From Mantamonas sphyraenae STR306 (Eukaryota; Protista; CRuMs): a stretch of DNA of 64,000 bases. Within the stretch, counting starts at the first letter, position 1, and every line of letters begins with the position of its first letter. A model generated the notes under the pieces. It was not told the DNA's origin and ran no database searches. It saw only the letters and a list, made by a program, of their open reading frames with translations. The stretch lies in contig JAPMXV010000008.1 of assembly GCA_026936335.1 (NCBI GenBank), positions 1 to 64,000 on the forward strand. Reading direction: 5' to 3'. The translations under genes were made by a program, and so were the position numbers. Below, piece by piece: positions 60,987 to 64,000 of the stretch.

Positions 60987-61643
60987 TGTGCCAGCCTCCT
61001 CTTCCTCCTCCTCCCCCAGCAGAAACACACCATAACCCGATGTTCCCTTGCTCTTCCCATCTCCCCCTCCAATGCCATCAGTCCCTGTGCTTGCCTCCCG
61101 TCTGTTCTTGCCTCCCTGTGCTTCCTGCTCCTCCTGACTCTCCTCCGCCTCTTCTCCATCCAGCCGTGCCAGCTGTGCGTATGCTGACATGTCGTCGCCC
61201 CTGTGCTGCAGTCTATGTACACACGTCACACTCGTGGCCTGTTCCTCCCACGAAACATCCCAGTCTGTGGGTGGACGCCGGCAGGGAACACGGGTCAGCA
61301 AAAGCCTGGCGCCAAAAACGGCCAAAGTGGGGGGGCGGCAGGCAAAGGGTGGGCAAAACGCACTGCGAAAGGCCTGTGTGCGCAGATTGTCCTGGATCTG
61401 ACGCTCGACCATGGGCAAGACACCATAGAGGAAGCGTAGGAGGTCGTCGGAATTGTCATCGACAAAGCGGTCGAGGTGGGAGTCGTCCGTTTGCACCTGG
61501 GCATCGACCGGATCACCCGTCTGAGTGTCCGAGTCCTCCATGGGATACGCATCTGTCTGCACCTCCATCTCAGCACTCTGCTTGCCAGTGCGCCACGACG
61601 ACGCAAAGGCCATGCTCACTGTTTCGCAATCAGAGAGGTTCAT
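59802..61643 (-). CDS. DYNC2I2: Cytoplasmic dynein-2 intermediate chain WDR34, probable in-frame intron 61265-61363
   Basis: Repeated QT light-chain-binding motifs (EVQT, DTQT, QVQT), GHLDHQDWCTH, GTFNGEV, HREPVT, CSPFHRHLFAS, WSPARPMV. Confidence 0.92.
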
Positions 61644-61692
61644 GGTGGGGATGCGCTGGAGGGACCAGCGCCCTACAAACCCCCCCCTCTTC

Positions 61693-62487
61693 ATGAGCAA
61701 ACGCACAACACCCAAGGATGTGCCCTCAGGAGGAAAGACCCTACGGGAGCAAGCAGTAGCATCCTCCTCCTCCTCCTCCTCATCCTCATCGTCAGCTGGG
61801 GAGGGAAAGGGTGACAAGGCAACGCTGACCAAGCAGCAGCAGGGCAGCAAACGGAAGAAAAAGGTGCTCAAAATGGCCTTGCAGAGTGCTCGGTACGACG
61901 TATTGCAGGATCCACAGGCAGTCATGGACACACAGGCATCACAGAAGGTGTTGGAGTTGCTGCAGGGCGACTCCAAGTTGGCGGCTCTGGGAGAACGCAA
62001 GCGAAGCAACAAACGCAAGCAAAGCAATGTGTACCATGCACGCAGGAGGGCCAAGAGGGGGAGGCCAGACACACATGCACCACAGGACAGCAAGCGCCAA
62101 CGCATAGACAACAGCACTACCCAGGGAGCCCTTGCTGGCGTGGCCGTGGGGATCAATGCCGTCACGCGGCGCTTGGAGAAGGACAAGGCGGCTTTGGTTG
62201 TTTTAGCCACGCGTGTGTATCCACGTGTGATGGTGCAACACATTGCACCCCTTGCTCATCGCCACAACGTCAAGATGCTACTGCTGGACGTCGACTCGGC
62301 CCAACTTGGCGCAGCACTCGGTCTGCGTTCCGCCGCCGTCGTCGCCTTTGCCTCTGGGGACGATGCAGTGCCCGTGATCGAGCAGCTACAGCCGCTTGGA
62401 AAGCTGGTGGATGCTTTTACTGACCAGCGTCTGCGTCCCAGGTCGGTGGCACCTGTGGGCAAGGCGACAGCGGAGAATGATGCTTGA
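61693..62487 (+). CDS. L7Ae-family protein, RNase P/MRP subunit RPP38/Pop3-like
   Basis: VAVGINAVTRRLEK...MVQHIAPLA...LGAALGLRSAAVVAF, preceded by a basic N-terminal extension. Confidence 0.75.
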   Translation: MSKRTTPKDVPSGGKTLREQAVASSSSSSSSSSSAGEGKGDKATLTKQQQGSKRKKKVLKMALQSARYDVLQDPQAVMDTQASQKVLELLQGDSKLAALGERKRSNKRKQSNVYHARRRAKRGRPDTHAPQDSKRQRIDNSTTQGALAGVAVGINAVTRRLEKDKAALVVLATRVYPRVMVQHIAPLAHRHNVKMLLLDVDSAQLGAALGLRSAAVVAFASGDDAVPVIEQLQPLGKLVDAFTDQRLRPRSVAPVGKATAENDA

Positions 62488-63182
62488 ATTTTGATTCATT
62501 TGAGAATATGTGTGATCACATGGAAATGTAAATTAAGTTGTGAATCAAAAATTGTGTTCCCTCCAGTGGAGGCTTGTACACGTGTCTGTACATGGCTGCC
62601 GACGGCATGTGGTGACCATCCTGGCTCAGATTACCCTTCCCAGATGGTATCTGAATCGGGCGCAGCGCTGGTTTTGGGTCAGTGCGGACTTGAGGGCGCG
62701 CACGGAAACCCAACTCTTCGCATTCCCCCCGTTTGACTTCACACGTTCACAACAAACAGGCTTCACTACATGCTTTGTCTGTTCTTCCTCCTATCTGTGT
62801 TTGCCCTCGTCTCCGCTGACACAGGGCGAATCGTAAAGATTGCCGATTTTGTCCACAAAACTTCCGTGGGTTCTCCTGACCATTGAGCTCATCCTGGGCA
62901 TGTTTGCAGACAACCACTTTGAACCCAAGCTGATTTACACCATGAACATCATCTTTGACGAGGTTCTGTCCATCCACGCGCAGTTCCCAGCTGAAAAGAT
63001 CTGAGGACGCGAACGTTGTGCCTGCACGCCACACTACGCACTCCACGTCCACACAGATGCCTCTGAAATGGACATCCATCGCCACTCTCATGTCTTCCAC
63101 ACCAAGCATCCCCACCTTGCAGCCATCCAGAGGGAGGGAGGGAGAGAAGAGGGGACAGCTCCATTTTGCACCGAAACACAGC

Positions 63183-63803
63183 CTACTCCTCATGCTGTTC
63201 AACGTCACCCTGTGCCCGAGAGAGCTGTGCATCGTCGTCTTGGCCATCATCGACGCTTTTGTCGAGGACATCCACAAAGGCTTTGGCTACGTTTGGGGCG
63301 ACGGCCATGACACGCCCATGGCACAAGTCAAAGTCATCCGTGAGTGGATCTGTGCAAATGCCACCGGCCTCACGGACAATGACAGCACCAGCAGCACAAT
63401 CCCATGCCTTGATGGTGTACTCATAATAGCAATCAAGCCTACCACAGGCCACACTGCACATGTCCAGGGCACAGGATCCCAAACGACGCATGGCTTGGCA
63501 CTCATCCAGCACCACATTCAGGTTTCGTTTGGCCAGAGACATGTACTTGTGCTGTCTGTCGGTGGGCCATCCACATGCCACCAGACATTGCTTCAACGAA
63601 CTTGTCTCGGACGCCTGGATGCTCTTGCCATTCAGAGTGGCCCCCATGCCCTTGCGTGCCACAAACAGTTCATCCAAGATGGCATTGTACACCACTCCCA
63701 GCACAGGTTCACGTCCAACTGCAAGCCCAATCGACACACATGTCCACGGCAGACTGTGCACAAAGTTCGTGGTCCCGTCAATGGGATCCACAATCCATGT
63801 GGG
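63183..63803 (-). CDS. Inositol monophosphatase, last exon only (5' part lies upstream of an intron, at or beyond the window edge)
   Basis: PTWIVDPIDGTTNFVH, RRLGSCALDMCSVACG, WDCAAGAVIVREAGG. Confidence 0.93.
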   Translation of the reverse strand, partial: PTWIVDPIDGTTNFVHSLPWTCVSIGLAVGREPVLGVVYNAILDELFVARKGMGATLNGKSIQASETSSLKQCLVACGWPTDRQHKYMSLAKRNLNVVLDECQAMRRLGSCALDMCSVACGRLDCYYEYTIKAWDCAAGAVIVREAGGICTDPLTDDFDLCHGRVMAVAPNVAKAFVDVLDKSVDDGQDDDAQLSRAQGDVEQHEE

Positions 63804-64000
63804 CTGTGTCATGTCATGTCATCGTGCATCCCCAGCAGCCACCCCAAAGCAGAGTCCCCCGCGTTTGGGTCCCATTTCCAGTGTGTCAGTGTCTTGTGCA
63901 CACCCGAGTGACGTCATTGCGTTCACCCCACACCTGAATTCCCCTCCTATCCTACTCCATCCAACGGCTGACCTATTGCACACCCCCTCCTCCTCCTCCT

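Noticed and set aside
39470-61795. Poly-Ser and poly-Glu tracts in many unrelated proteins
   Set aside because: Ordinary trinucleotide slippage in disordered loops, with no shared flanks indicating an element.
59802-62243. 813-aa version of WDR34 and the 320-aa ORF from 61525 overlapping it
   Set aside because: The extensions are antisense read-through of the neighbouring gene. Plausible starts are 61643 (-) and 61693 (+).
62560-62775. RNase P/MRP or telomerase RNA next to the RPP38-like gene
   Set aside because: I could not find the conserved P4 motifs or a CTAACCCT template.
1-64000. Stop-codon reassignment
   Set aside because: Conserved genes are open under the standard code and end at TGA or TAG at the expected positions. 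The absence of TAA stops is explainable by GC content.

Overview
Left end of a chromosome from a compact, GC-rich, intron-poor eukaryote. It is a flagellated protist, judging from DNAAF11/LRRC6 and WDR34; the lineage cannot be named from this sequence. The window opens with a (CCCTAA)n telomere and two telomere-associated repeat families (26 bp and ~190 bp). A ~8 kb subtelomeric accessory block follows. It holds (i) an unknown NLS-bearing protein with four tandem winged-helix-like modules (ABAB) whose variation clusters in short patches, (ii) a Crinkler/CR-type effector (ubiquitin-like header, coiled coil, P-loop NTPase, restriction-endonuclease fold) whose linker is built from a tandem array of symmetric 42/48-nt phase-1 micro-exons, and (iii) a truncated extra copy of the B module, so the effector lies between ~450-bp direct repeats. 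Next come AARSD1 and a giant (~6,700 aa, frameshift-interrupted) secreted protein with about 24 LamG/ConA-like repeats and two TSP1 domains. The rest is tightly packed housekeeping genes: OAT, a class V PLP enzyme, a two-pore channel, COMMD5, GTF3C2-like, DNAAF11, a divergent Aquarius-like helicase, CDK5RAP1, a PX-NDR/Dbf2-like kinase, MYDGF, QNG1, PAH, an unknown membrane protein, WDR34, RPP38-like and a partial IMPase. Exon structures were inferred by eye from GT-AG sites and reading phase, and homology calls are from recalled motifs, not searches.
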